Source: Microthyrium microscopicum (lineage: Eukaryota). Taken from it: DNA of 64,000 bases. Positions within the stretch are counted from its first letter, which is position 1; every line of letters starts with the position of its first letter. A program made the translations under genes and the position numbers. The notes under the pieces are model-generated. The model saw only the letters and a program-made list of their open reading frames with translations. It ran no database searches and had not been told where the DNA came from. The DNA lies in the NCBI GenBank assembly GCA_010405405.1, contig MU004230.1:1274627-1338626 (forward strand), in the 5' to 3' direction. This document shows, piece after piece, positions 35,721 to 47,030 of this stretch.

Positions 35721-38700
35721 ATGAACAACCAACCCCACGACCAGTGGACGTCGTCGAACCCACCAGTTCCTCAGACGTCACACACGACATCGCCCTCTCA
35801 AGCGATATCCCAAGGAATTACGCAGAATAACTCAAGTTCTGGTTCTCAGAGTAAGCTCTCATCACTCGCACCAAGAAGTTTCAGCGCATCTAACCCCAGT
35901 TACCAGTTCCAAATTTCTACCCTACTTCTTCTGCGGCTTCACAGTCTTTGAATCCACTGGCTGCCCTAGCTAGTCTACAGCAAAACGCGCCCACACTCCA
36001 CACGCGTCCTCACGAGGAGCATCCGCAAGCCCACCAATATTCTCCACCAAATCATCAGACCCGAGCATATCCTGTTGCGGTTTCAGCAGCAGGATCTGCT
36101 CAATTTATACCACAAGCTATCTCGGAATCGCAGCACTCCTCAGACCATAGAGAAACAACAGCAATGGAAGACATCAGAAGACAGGCAGAACAGCGCGAGA
36201 GAGAAATGCGTGAGAGACAAAGTAATGGCGAGCCTCAAATCCTCCACCAGCCCGTTGCTTTGGCCCCAAGTGCTAGAGTCCTAGGTCCTAACGGTATCTT
36301 GGGTGGCCAGGCCAGTCTTCAGCAAATTCCGCAGATGCAACCTCAGCAGGTCTTCGCTATGGCACAGCCACAGAACGGACAGCCAATTCCACAATCACAG
36401 GCGTCTCATCTCCTGATGCCCGGCTTTAATCCAAATGGACAAGGAGCTCCGCTCAATCAAGCACAGCAGCCTATATTAAACGATGCTCTGAGCTATTTGG
36501 ATCAAGTAAAGATTCAATTTCAAACGCAACCCGATGTTTACAACAGATTCTTGGACATCATGAAGGACTTTAAGAGCGGAGCTATTGACACGCCGGGTGT
36601 GATTGAACGAGTTTCACAGCTTTTTGTTGGTAACCCAGACCTGATACAAGGTTTCAATACCTTCCTTCCCCCAGGTTACAAAATAGAATGCGGAGGTGAC
36701 GACCCAAATGCGATCAGAGTTACGACGCCTCAAGGCTCAACCATACACCAGCTTCAAGCACGGCCACCATCACCACCTTATGATCAGCGCTCGCAGCCAC
36801 AACATGAGCACGCACAAGGAGGAAACGAGCGCGCCTATTATGATCGACCCCAATTCGTCCAACAGCTGATGGGTCCTCAAGGTCAATCCTTTCCCTCTGA
36901 TGGGCGTGCCACTATTGCCAACTTTGCGCAACAGCAAGGCCCAGGTATGCCCATCTCTCCCGAAGGACGCCGTGATCAACCAGGTCCACCAATGTCTCAA
37001 GACCAACGCAGTTTGGCAGCGTTACAACAAGCCAGCGCGCCACTTGATGCACGCGGACCTATGGGTCGACACTTGGGAGCCGCAGACATTGGAAATATAG
37101 CGGGTGCTGTTGGCCTTATGAACGGCAGCGCAGCCGCTGTTGCAGCTGCTGGCAACGCCGCAGACAAGCAACGCGGCCCGGTTGAATTCAACCACGCAAT
37201 CAATTACGTGAATAAGATCAAAAATAGATTTGCGACACAACCGGACATTTACAAACAGTTTCTTGAGATTCTCCAGACTTATCAGCGCGAATCGAAACCC
37301 ATTGGCGAGGTGTACAACCAGGTTACTACCCTGTTTCGGAGTGCTCCAGACCTTCTTCAGGACTTCAAGCAGTTCCTGCCAGATTCAGCAGCGCATGCCA
37401 ATGCAGTAGCTGCTGGTCGTAAGGATGATGAGGAGGCCTTCCCACTGAGTAACATGCGTGGCGGGCCAGGAGGTGGATATGGGCCAATGGTGGCTCAAAC
37501 TATGCTTCAACAGAGTCCCCCACGTGCAAATGATATTCGTCTACCTCCGGTTGGTAACTTCGGTCCAACTCCAAGTTCTGGAGGTGGTAAGAAGCGCAAT
37601 CGCGCGGATAGACAGCAAACAGGTGGCGCAACACCTGGCGAATCTTCAACTGGCGCACGAACAGGACAACCTTCTGGCAGTGCCCAATCCAAGGTAAGCT
37701 CAACTTTAACTTTCTTCCTACACCTACCTTTCTTTGTCAATTGCTACAGAGCAGCAAGCTTTTAAACTTTCTTTGTTCTCAACACAAAGTTGATGACCAA
37801 GTCTTATACTCTTTGTGTTGCCATCTCACCAGACTATCTGCGTATTTTACCGCTCGCGATCAAATTGACGAGTAGAAGCTAACGTGCTCACGCAGAAGCA
37901 TCGCGCTGACCGCAACCTTGGATTCCGACAAATGAACCACTCTGACTCAGGTTTTGCGCCTATGATGACCAACCCGTCAACCATTGCAAACCTCGTTTCT
38001 GTTCCGAATGAAAAGGATTTCCACATGCTTGATAAGATTCGAAAGCATATCAACAACAAAAACACCTTCCACGAATTCATCAAGCTTTTGAATCTCTTCA
38101 CTCAGGACCAAGCTGAACCTCAGTATATCATCACGCGGGCTGCCGAGTTCCTGGGCAACAACAGTGAATATATGAATTGGATGAAGGGATTATTCAATTT
38201 GGAAGAGTTCAAGTCTAAACTGGATTTCAACAACGAGGATAGAATCACGAAAACACAACTCAACCGCTGCCGCGCGTATGGCCCAAGCTATCGTAAACTT
38301 CCAGTGGCTGAGCACACCCAGCTATGTAGTGGTCGAGACGAGCTTTGTAAATCTGTGTTGAACGACGAATGGGCTTCTCATCCTACCATGCAATCAGAAG
38401 AAGCGGGATTTGTTGCTCACCGCAAGACCTCCTACGAGGAATCGCTTCATCGTATTGAGGAAGAGCGACACGACTACGACAGCAACATCGACTGCCTAGT
38501 GCGCACTATCCAACTTCTTGATCCTATCGTTCGGGCCTTCACATCTAATCAAAACCAAAACCCGGATGCTCCACGTCAATACCAGGTAGATTCAAAACTT
38601 GGAGGACAGAGTGAGACAATCTACAAGCGCACAATCTACAAGCTATATGGTCGGGAGCAGGGCAACAGTGTTATAACACAGCTGATGTCTAATCCCCAAG

Positions 38701-40701
38701 CTGTTGCTCCGCTACTTCTTGCTAGGTTCAAAGACACTCTGGAGAAGTGGAAGGCTGCTCAACGACAGTGGAACGAGGTCTGGCGCCAGCAAACCTTGGC
38801 GTCCTATCACAAGAGTCTTGATTATCAAGGCTCTACTGTCCGAAATGGTGGGGATAGAAAAGCATTTGCCCCTAAACAGGTGATTGCTGAAATCAAAGTT
38901 CGCTTCGAGGAGCAAAAGAACGCGATCCAGCTGCATGGCCGCAAAGACAGACTGAACGATCCTCAATACAAATGCGAGTTCAAAAATTCTACGGTGCTGA
39001 AAGATGCTCAACAGCTGGTCGAGTCGCAGCTCAATGACGAAGCGGCCGATACTGTCATTGGTATCAAGAAACTCTTCAGAGCTCTTTTCGATGGCGAAGA
39101 TGCTCCTGCTCTTGGGCAGTCTGAGGCCTCAGGAAGCGCCTCACCTAGTTCCAAAACCAGCCAAAAAGCACCAGCAGAGTCGTTGCGGAGAACCGCCGTA
39201 ACACGAGCTGGTCGATCCGGAGCTTCAGCACCGGAAAGTCGCGCCACTACACCTGGATCGTCTAATGGTGGCGATGATAACGTCATCGAATCTGCCGAAA
39301 TAGAGACTGGAGAGACTGAGACGTTGGCTATGGAGTCATGGTACAAGCCAACGCCAGTCACTCTTGGTGGAGAGCAACTGCCGCACGCCAAGCCATTCAA
39401 TCGCACTGAGTATAGCTTGTACTGCCATAACAACCTATTCGTCTTCTTCCGTCTGTTTACAATACTCTATGAACGACTGGATGACTTGTACAACTATGAG
39501 AATCGCGTTGTCGATCTTGTGAAGATACAGCTCGCAGACAAGCCCGCGAGAGATCTTGGAATGCTAGAGCGTGAGCCCAAGGACTACTGGGCTGTCACAA
39601 CCCCATCAAGTGCAGAGAACAGTTTCTACCGGCAAATGGTTGAGAAGTTCGACTCGCACCTTCTAGACAACAGCAGCATCAGCCAAGTCGAAATTGAAGA
39701 AACTCTCCGACGCTACTACCGTGACTGCGGCTGGCGATTATACAATTTCGACAAACTCATCATCGCTATTGCCAAGGCGGCTGGTACAATGTTTAGTGAT
39801 GGAATAACCCCGGACTTGATGAGACTCTTTGAGAAGGACCGCAAACAGTCCACTACTACCATTCAACTCCAATTAAAGTATCGAAGCTCAGCATTCAAGC
39901 TGCTGCCCAAGGAAAAGGAAGCTGATACATACCGCATCACACTTGTTAGTGTCCCGTCTTTCTCTACCTCCTTTTCCATTTTCTCTGAAGCATTTGACTT
40001 CCCATTTGCGACAAACACTGTTGATGAAGCTTCTGACCTTTATTTTGCGACAAACAATACTGAAGCTTTTAATACCCCTCTACAACAAGACTATAGCCAA
40101 AAGCTCACACTAACCGATTCAGAATCTTCCACAGAAATCCTCGAATCAGATTGAAGAAATTGAGCAATCGACTGCCTCAGAAAATACCACATCGCCCCCC
40201 TCCAAATATCGCTCTATATCACTTCGAGTATTCGATCGCGATATGCCAACATTACCACTCACCAACGGCGAAGTTTCAGAGCGGTACAATCATTATGTTA
40301 CATCATTTGCCATGATACCCCCCACGGAGAACGTTCCCCCGATCAACTCATTCCCTTTCAAGCCATCCCATACAGAACCCGACCACGAGCAAGAAACCCC
40401 CATTCGCCAATCCAGGGTTATCGACGAGCACATTTCTTTCGAAATCGGTGTTCACGACTACAAGATCAAGTTTCAGCCCAAGGGGTTTGAAGTACTATTG
40501 AGCAATCGTGTCGAAACACAGGAGTGGTACGATGATCTGGAAAAGTTGCTGACCGAGGATCGACAAGAGAGAGAACAACAGGCAGAGATCAAGGTTGCGA
40601 GTTTCTCTGAACCACAGGCTGCGCCTGATGCCGAAGAGGCAGCCGAAGCATCTGTAGTGGAGGAGAAAGTTGACGATATGGAAGTGGACATTCCTGTGTA
40701 G
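35721..40701 (+). CDS. SIN3: Sin3 co-repressor scaffold (PAH1-3, HID, Sin3a_C), about 4 exons
   Basis: PAH1 DALSYLDQVK..YNRFLDIMKDFK, PAH2 VEFNHAINYVNKIKNRF, HID GPSYRKLP..CSGRDELCKSVLNDEWASHP. Introns at about 35850-35900, 37694-37895 and 39945-40121. The start codon is a prediction. Confidence 0.93.
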
Positions 40702-41129
40702 AATCGCTGGGATCGTGAGCCGAGCATGTTTGTGCCTGGGGAATGGCGGTTTTTTCGTTGATCATTGTTTTTTCTGTTTGGCGCCACGGTCTTTGACTAT
40801 TAGTGATTGCATCCCCTGGTCTGAGTACTAGTGAAAAGAGGTCCGCTGGTCAGCGAGAAGTTATGTAGTAAGTAATGCAAATTCTATGAAGTCCATTCTT
40901 GTCTATTTCCATCGTCGGTTCCCATCAGCCGCCGATCTAGGCCGTGTAGCACGTTTGCCTGCGTGTCTGAAGGGGAAGGAACGACTCCAGGCAGCATCGT
41001 GAACCCCAACTTCATCCCATACACCACCCAGCTTCACCCCATGTTCTTCCCTTTTATCCATCCTGTCCATCTCGTTCCTTCTCTTTTACCTATCTCAACT
41101 TCCTATCATTTACCATCATACTTCCTACC

Positions 41130-43834
41130 ATGCCCATCCAAGCCCTTCCAAAATATACGAGTTTGCTCCTCTCCTCGGGCCAAGCACTCCTGGACCCAGC
41201 CAGCATCGTCAAAGAACTTATCGACAATTCTCTAGATGCTTGTGCTTCCAGCATCACCATCGAAATAGCATCCAACACGCTTACCAGCATCCTCGTGCGT
41301 GACAATGGCCGGGGCATCAGCCCGGATGATCGTGCTTTAATTGGTCAACGCTACTGCACGAGCAAAATTCGAGGTTTTGAAGACTTGGAGCGTGTGGCGG
41401 GGACGAGTTTGGGCTTTCGCGGCGAGGCTGTGAGTAGTCTTGTGAGCGTTGCGGAGCGTGTGGAAGTCACGACGCGCATTGAGGGTGAGGCGGTGGGGGT
41501 TGTGTTGAAGTTGGGAAGGGATGCGGGGAAGATTGGGTATGTATGACGCTGAGTGAGTAGCATGGGGACGTTCTTGCTGATATGACTGTTTTCGCGGTGG
41601 GTAGGCGAGAGTTGGCGGCTCATGCAGTCGGCACATCAGTCAAGGCCATGAATATCTTTCATCAGCTTCCAGTCCGGAAACATACTGCGGAGAAGGATGC
41701 TGGAAAAACTATCGCGGCCATTCGAAAGACGGTACTGGCTTATGTATTTGCGAGGCCGAAAGTGCGGTTCTCGTTCAAGGTACTGGGTGCGAAGACGAAC
41801 AAGGCGAACTTTTTGTACGCTCCATCTGCGGCCGGCTCGTCGGTTGAGGGCGCGGTTCGGGTCTTGCTGGGCAAAGAATGCGCGAGCCAGTGTGCCTGGA
41901 TTGAAGAGACTATTGATGGCTTCACCTTCCAGGCAGTCTGTTCAAGAGTAGGCAGTGATGTGGCCAAGATTTCGAACATGGGCCATTTCTTGTCCGTTGA
42001 CCATCGACCTGTGGCTACGAGGACAGGTGCTCTGAAGAGTATTCTCACGACATTCCGACAAAAGCTGAAAGCGCACGATCGAGCATTCGAAGGTGTCAAG
42101 GATCCATTCCTATGTTTGAACATCAACTGTCCATTGGGAAGCTATGATGCCAATGTGGAGCCATTGAAGAATGACTTGTTGTTTGTCGATTCTGGCTGTG
42201 TGCTATTGGTGGCAGAACAATTCTTTGCGAAGATATACCCAGTTCAGCAGCGTATCGCAGAGCCTTCGGACATTCGAAAAGACATAGGACCTGGCCTCGA
42301 AGAGCCGAGCAGCAGCGCATCTTTAGCTGGAAGAGGCCTCCCAGACACCCCAGGTCGAGGCATTCTCCAGTCATCGTCGCCGCGAGCACTGAATGTGCTA
42401 GATCCTTGGACGCCGAATACCAAAACAAACACCGGGATCCCCGAAGCCGGTCCTCGCAGCGATGCTACACTGCCTAGTAGTGATCCATTCACCCCTCTTC
42501 CTTCCCAGATAGGACAGTCTATGGGCGCCAATGTCAATATCTCCCCTAGGATTGGCAAATCCAACATGTATGATTGGGATGAAGACGAGCTTGAGAATCT
42601 GCCTCCTCACCAACCCACGGATACTGTTGAAGATGAACACAACTCAAGAAGTAGATTGGACATAAGTGCAAACCCATTCACTTTTGCCAAAATGTCGGCT
42701 CCAATTCACCCAAATGCTGCAGTCAATTCGGTCATTCCAATCCGTTCAACCGCCCCAGTTCATTCTTTCACTCCTATGCAATCGAACATGCCTGTGATTT
42801 CCACGGATCCTGTACGTCCAACGGCGGCCCAGATACTGAGAGATGTCATTCCGCTACATGGCAACAATTTCGGCATGCCTTCTCGAAATCGAGGCCAGCC
42901 TTTGCCGCCATGTACACCTTCGCGCTCGATCAATGCGCAATATGGAGACACTTCTCTCATGTCCCTACCTAATTCAACGCCAACTCGACCTGCTCAGCTT
43001 CCACCAAGAATACCGGCATATGTTCCAGTGGCTCAGCTTTCTTCGCCAATGGGCCGTCGTCAAATACCAGGAGGCCGTGGTGATACCACACAGAATGGGA
43101 TGTATGTTGTCGGTGCGTCTACGAGAGCCCCACGCACCCACGTTGAACATACAAGCAATGGCTCCTATGTCATGAACTCACCTGCCGGACCTCCAGCTCC
43201 TCGAAAGAGACCTGCTAAAACCAAACAAGTGTTGTCACATGCTACTCCGGAGTTCCCGCCCCTAGAGAGACCAGAAGGCAATCTTGATATTCGTGACATG
43301 CTCACCGCAACCAAGGCTCATGATCGTACCCACGATAAGAGCACACGTTATTTCGACCCGGCTACGATCAAGCGACTAGGCTCACCTAGTTATGTTCATC
43401 CTTCAATCGAGGCCGCGGAACAGAACGTGACAGGCGCAGAATTGACGAGAGATGGTGATGATGATGATGAAGATCACGCAAGCAAGCGCCAAAGAACGAC
43501 ACGCACTATGACCCGTCTACAATCTGCAAATCTACCCTTGAATCGTATTCCTATTGGCCAAGAGACCCATAGCCTTGTTGTGAGAATGAAACCGGCAAGC
43601 TTGATATCGTTTAGTGGAGCTGTTGTTGGACTGAAAGAAAATGTGCTGCCGTGGGATTTCATTGACGAGTTCTCTTACGAACAGGAGCTTCCAGTTCTAT
43701 GCCAGGAGTTACAGTCGTTCTGGGGGGAGATGATCTCAAAGCTGATCCGCTTGAAGTTCGATATGGAGGGCAATGATATAGAGGCCAGAATTACCTCTGG
43801 CTTGCGACATGTGGAGGAGCTAAATCCTGAGTAA
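41130..43834 (+). CDS. MutL-family mismatch repair protein (MLH2/PMS1-like), 2 exons
   Basis: GHKL ATPase motifs IVKELIDNSLDA, VRDNGRGI, TSKI and LGFRGEA, plus transducer YDANVEPLK. The C-terminal half is long and low-complexity. Intron at about 41538-41603. Confidence 0.88.
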
Positions 43835-43986
43835 TAAGTGCTGAAGTGTAAGGTGACGGAAAAGTAATTATTTCGGAGTCTGTTCGAGACTGTATGTCGT
43901 CCATGTTCTACTATACATAATATATTTAAAAGCGCTATGTTCAAGCTTCGTTCCATTCCCCATCAAATGCGTCTGTGAGACCACAT

Positions 43987-44772
43987 CTACCTTCCTTGCC
44001 TACTGCTCTGTCCCTCCGGCAGCATATGTCTTATATACTCCACCATCATCTTCGTCGACACCGTATTCCACGTCCCTCTCAATTTCATCCTCCTCTCTAC
44101 CCGATCAACCTCCTTCATGCCCTTGGTATCCTTCACCTTCTCTCCCCCATACACACCCCTTACCACGCGGTCCACCAACTGCTGCCGATACGGCTTCGGC
44201 ACTGGCGTAAAATCGACCTTGACTGCCGGAACCGTCTTTTTAAACTGCCAACTCAGTCGTGCTGCCGCATCCACTGCCTTCTCCTGCGCCAAAGCCACGG
44301 CCCGTAACTTCTCGTCCTCGTCTCGAAAGCGCATTACGCGGCCGTACCGCAGATTGCGCGCGTTTAGAGCGTCGAAGCCGATGCTTGTATCTTCGCGGCG
44401 CGCTAGGTTGGCCATGGCGGACTCGAGGGTTGCGCGCCGTGCAGTGGGTGTGCTGGAGGCCGTTGCTAGGTGGTTTGTGATGAGGGATTTGGCGGATAGG
44501 CGAGTTGGTATTGGCAGGGGTGTTGAGAGGAGGGTTGGATCGGCTGGTGTGAGGGCAGTTTCGTCGGTTGGTGCTGAGTTCAAGGCAAGCTGGGCCTTCT
44601 CCCTGGCATAAGTGGCTTTGAGCTCGGCTTCATGCTCGAGAGCTTCCTTGAGGGTGACGAGCTCCCAGAAGGTTCGGTGTTGGGGAGTTCTGGCTCTGAA
44701 GTAGGACTGGGATGGACGGAGGAGTGTGGCAGTGGGCCGGGAGCTACGGCGGAGGAGATGTTGTCGCTCCAT
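43987..44772 (-). CDS. Hypothetical basic protein with probable mitochondrial presequence
   Basis: 261-aa intronless ORF with coding-like composition. The N-terminus is rich in Arg/Ser/Leu (MERQHLLRRSSRPTATLLRPSQSYFRARTPQHRTF). Confidence 0.7.
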   Translation of the reverse strand: MERQHLLRRSSRPTATLLRPSQSYFRARTPQHRTFWELVTLKEALEHEAELKATYAREKAQLALNSAPTDETALTPADPTLLSTPLPIPTRLSAKSLITNHLATASSTPTARRATLESAMANLARREDTSIGFDALNARNLRYGRVMRFRDEDEKLRAVALAQEKAVDAAARLSWQFKKTVPAVKVDFTPVPKPYRQQLVDRVVRGVYGGEKVKDTKGMKEVDRVERRMKLRGTWNTVSTKMMVEYIRHMLPEGQSSRQGR

Positions 44773-45095
44773 TGCGGCTTAATGGCGTGTTTGGAGATTG
44801 ATGGGATTTATCTGCAATGGGTTGAAGTTGGAGATTTTTCTGGAGATGCTTGGCGTCTAGCTCATTGAGATGACTAAGCCAGAGCCCCCTTATATATGAC
44901 GGCTCATAACGGCCACCCTGGCCAGTTTAGCAAAACTAAAAAGTATAAAGCTCTATATTTTATGAATGTAATATTCCTATACTTATTTCCCTATTTTAGC
45001 GCTTTAGATAAATTCTAAAAGGGATGTTCAAAAATTACATATTTTTTAATACCTAAATTAAGGTAATTAGTAATAATAACTATGATATAGTAATA

Positions 45096-45345
45096 GTATA
45101 GCTATGTTAGTAGGCAAGGTATAGCTATGTTAGTAGGTAAGGTATAGCTATGTTAGTAGGAAAGGGTAAGATAAGTATAGCTACGTTAATAGGTGAGGTA
45201 TAGCTGCGTTAGTAGGTAAGGTATAGCTACGTTAGTAGGTGAGGTATAGCTATATTAGTAGGTAAGGCGCTAAGAAAGATATAGCTATATTAATAATAAA
45301 GGTAACGAGAAAGATGTAGCTATATTAATAAGAAAGGTGTAGCTA
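45096..45345. repeat. Subterminal tandem array of a ~23-bp unit (GTATAGCTAYGTTAGTAGGTRAG), about 7 clear and 3 degenerate copies
   Basis: Directly visible just inside the left TIR. Confidence 0.9.
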
Positions 45346-45599
45346 TATATTATTAGTTAAGGTAATATAATTAGTATATATATAGATTAGTAATAGAAAT
45401 TAATTAAGAAAGGCTTTTGATTCTTAATAATATACTAATAGGTAGAAGTTAACTATTATTATAGAGTTTAATATAAAGTATAGTATTTCTCTTTTCTTCT
45501 TTAGTATTAGTTATATCTCTTAGGTAACTTTTATTATGTTAAATGCTTATATTGATTTAATTATATACTAAGTCTTTATTAAGAGCTTAGTATTAACTA

Positions 45600-47030
45600 A
45601 AGGCTATATTAATGCTAAGGTTTGTAAATAGCTTCTTAATAAATATAGTATAGAGGTTTTTATTTAAACTATTCGTTAAAGAATTAATAAATAGAGGATT
45701 TAAAGAAGAACTATATAGCTTAATAAAAATTTAAAGAACGTAATAAAGGCTTTATTTTATGTCTTTAATAGTAATGAAAGAGAGATAATATATATCTTAT
45801 AAGATTATAGGTATAAATTTTCTTAAAGGACTTTATGATAATATTATTAGAGGCTTAGAATATCTTGTTAGTAAGACTATAAATTATATTAAAAGTTCTA
45901 TAAAGTATACTTTAAGAATAATTATAATATAATTTAGCGTAAGCTTTAATAATCCTATCTTAGTGTTATAAATTATGAATATTATATATTAGTAATAAGA
46001 ATTAGAGCCTAGGGACGTAATATATTTCTAAGAAATGTTTATTTTATTTAATAATAATTAGATTTAGAAGCTACTGCTACTTAATAGAAATAAGTATATT
46101 AAAAATAGGGTGAATATAAAGTTAAAGGTTTAGATTATATTTAGTCTATTAATAGGTATAATAAACTAAAGTAATTTAGCTTTAAGATTTATAGCTATAT
46201 TAATGCCTACTTAAGATATCTTAACTATTATAATATTAGTATATTAAATAAGATGAGTATTAGCTATCTCTACTAATACTTAGATTATTTAGAAGGTAGG
46301 CTAATTTAGTTATAATTTATTTAATTAGACTAAGGTAGCAAAATAGTTATGTTTGCTAATGCTTATTATAAATTCTTGCTTGCTTATAAACCTAACCTTT
46401 ATTTTAAGGACTATTTTCTATATAGGATAAGTATTACTAATTAATAGATAGAACGTTAGTAGGAAAATCTTAGTGGATCTATACTAAATAAATAGAAAGT
46501 AAGTTTTATCTTATTAAAGTAATACTAATATATACTTTAAAAGATATACTAATTCTTTATAGGAGTTTTTTAAGTAGTTTTAAAGAGATAGTAAATTCTC
46601 GTAAGATAGACTTACTAATTGTATTGTAATATTAGCTATATTTATATTTATTTTGTAAAATATTATTACTAGATACGTTTATAACTAGAATAATTATAAG
46701 TTAACTAATACTAAGAAAAGGCGCTCTAATACTATTAATAGAAAGCTATAGTACTTATATAATTATTCTTAGAACGTAGAGAAGGTTAGCTTACTAATTA
46801 ATCTTAAACTTATTTATGTAGTAAAGTAACAAGTTAGTAACTAGAATAAAGATGCCTATCTACCTAAAGAAACTCTTTAATAGTGCTAATAAGAACTATA
46901 GTAGATGGGGTTTAATCCCTTTATAGACTCTTTTAGTAATACTTAAGATTGCTAGAGAAAGATTAATCTATTTAGAGGTATTTACTTAACTTTAAGGAGC
47001 GTATTAAATAAATATATCCTTAGTAAATAG
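45600..47030 (+). pseudogene. RIP-degraded IS3EU/integrase-core DDE transposase (limits approximate)
   Basis: De-RIPed readings: EYKVKGPDYIWSIDG(H/Y)DKLKQFGFEIYGCIDAYSRY (~46110-46230), FIRSDRGGETVMFADAH (~46316-46366), YGTSTANQRIERWW (46421-46462) and WNNHK (~46686). This gives the D, D and E motifs in order. Confidence 0.85.

Noticed and set aside
39985..40070. TGATGA/CTGA in the last SIN3 intron as a box C/D snoRNA
   Set aside because: The boxes are only a few nt apart and lie in a degenerate ~40-bp duplication (TTTGCGACAAACA twice), leaving no room for a guide.
45096..45345. 23-bp repeats as a CRISPR-like array
   Set aside because: Head-to-tail repeats with no unique spacers, inside a eukaryotic transposon.
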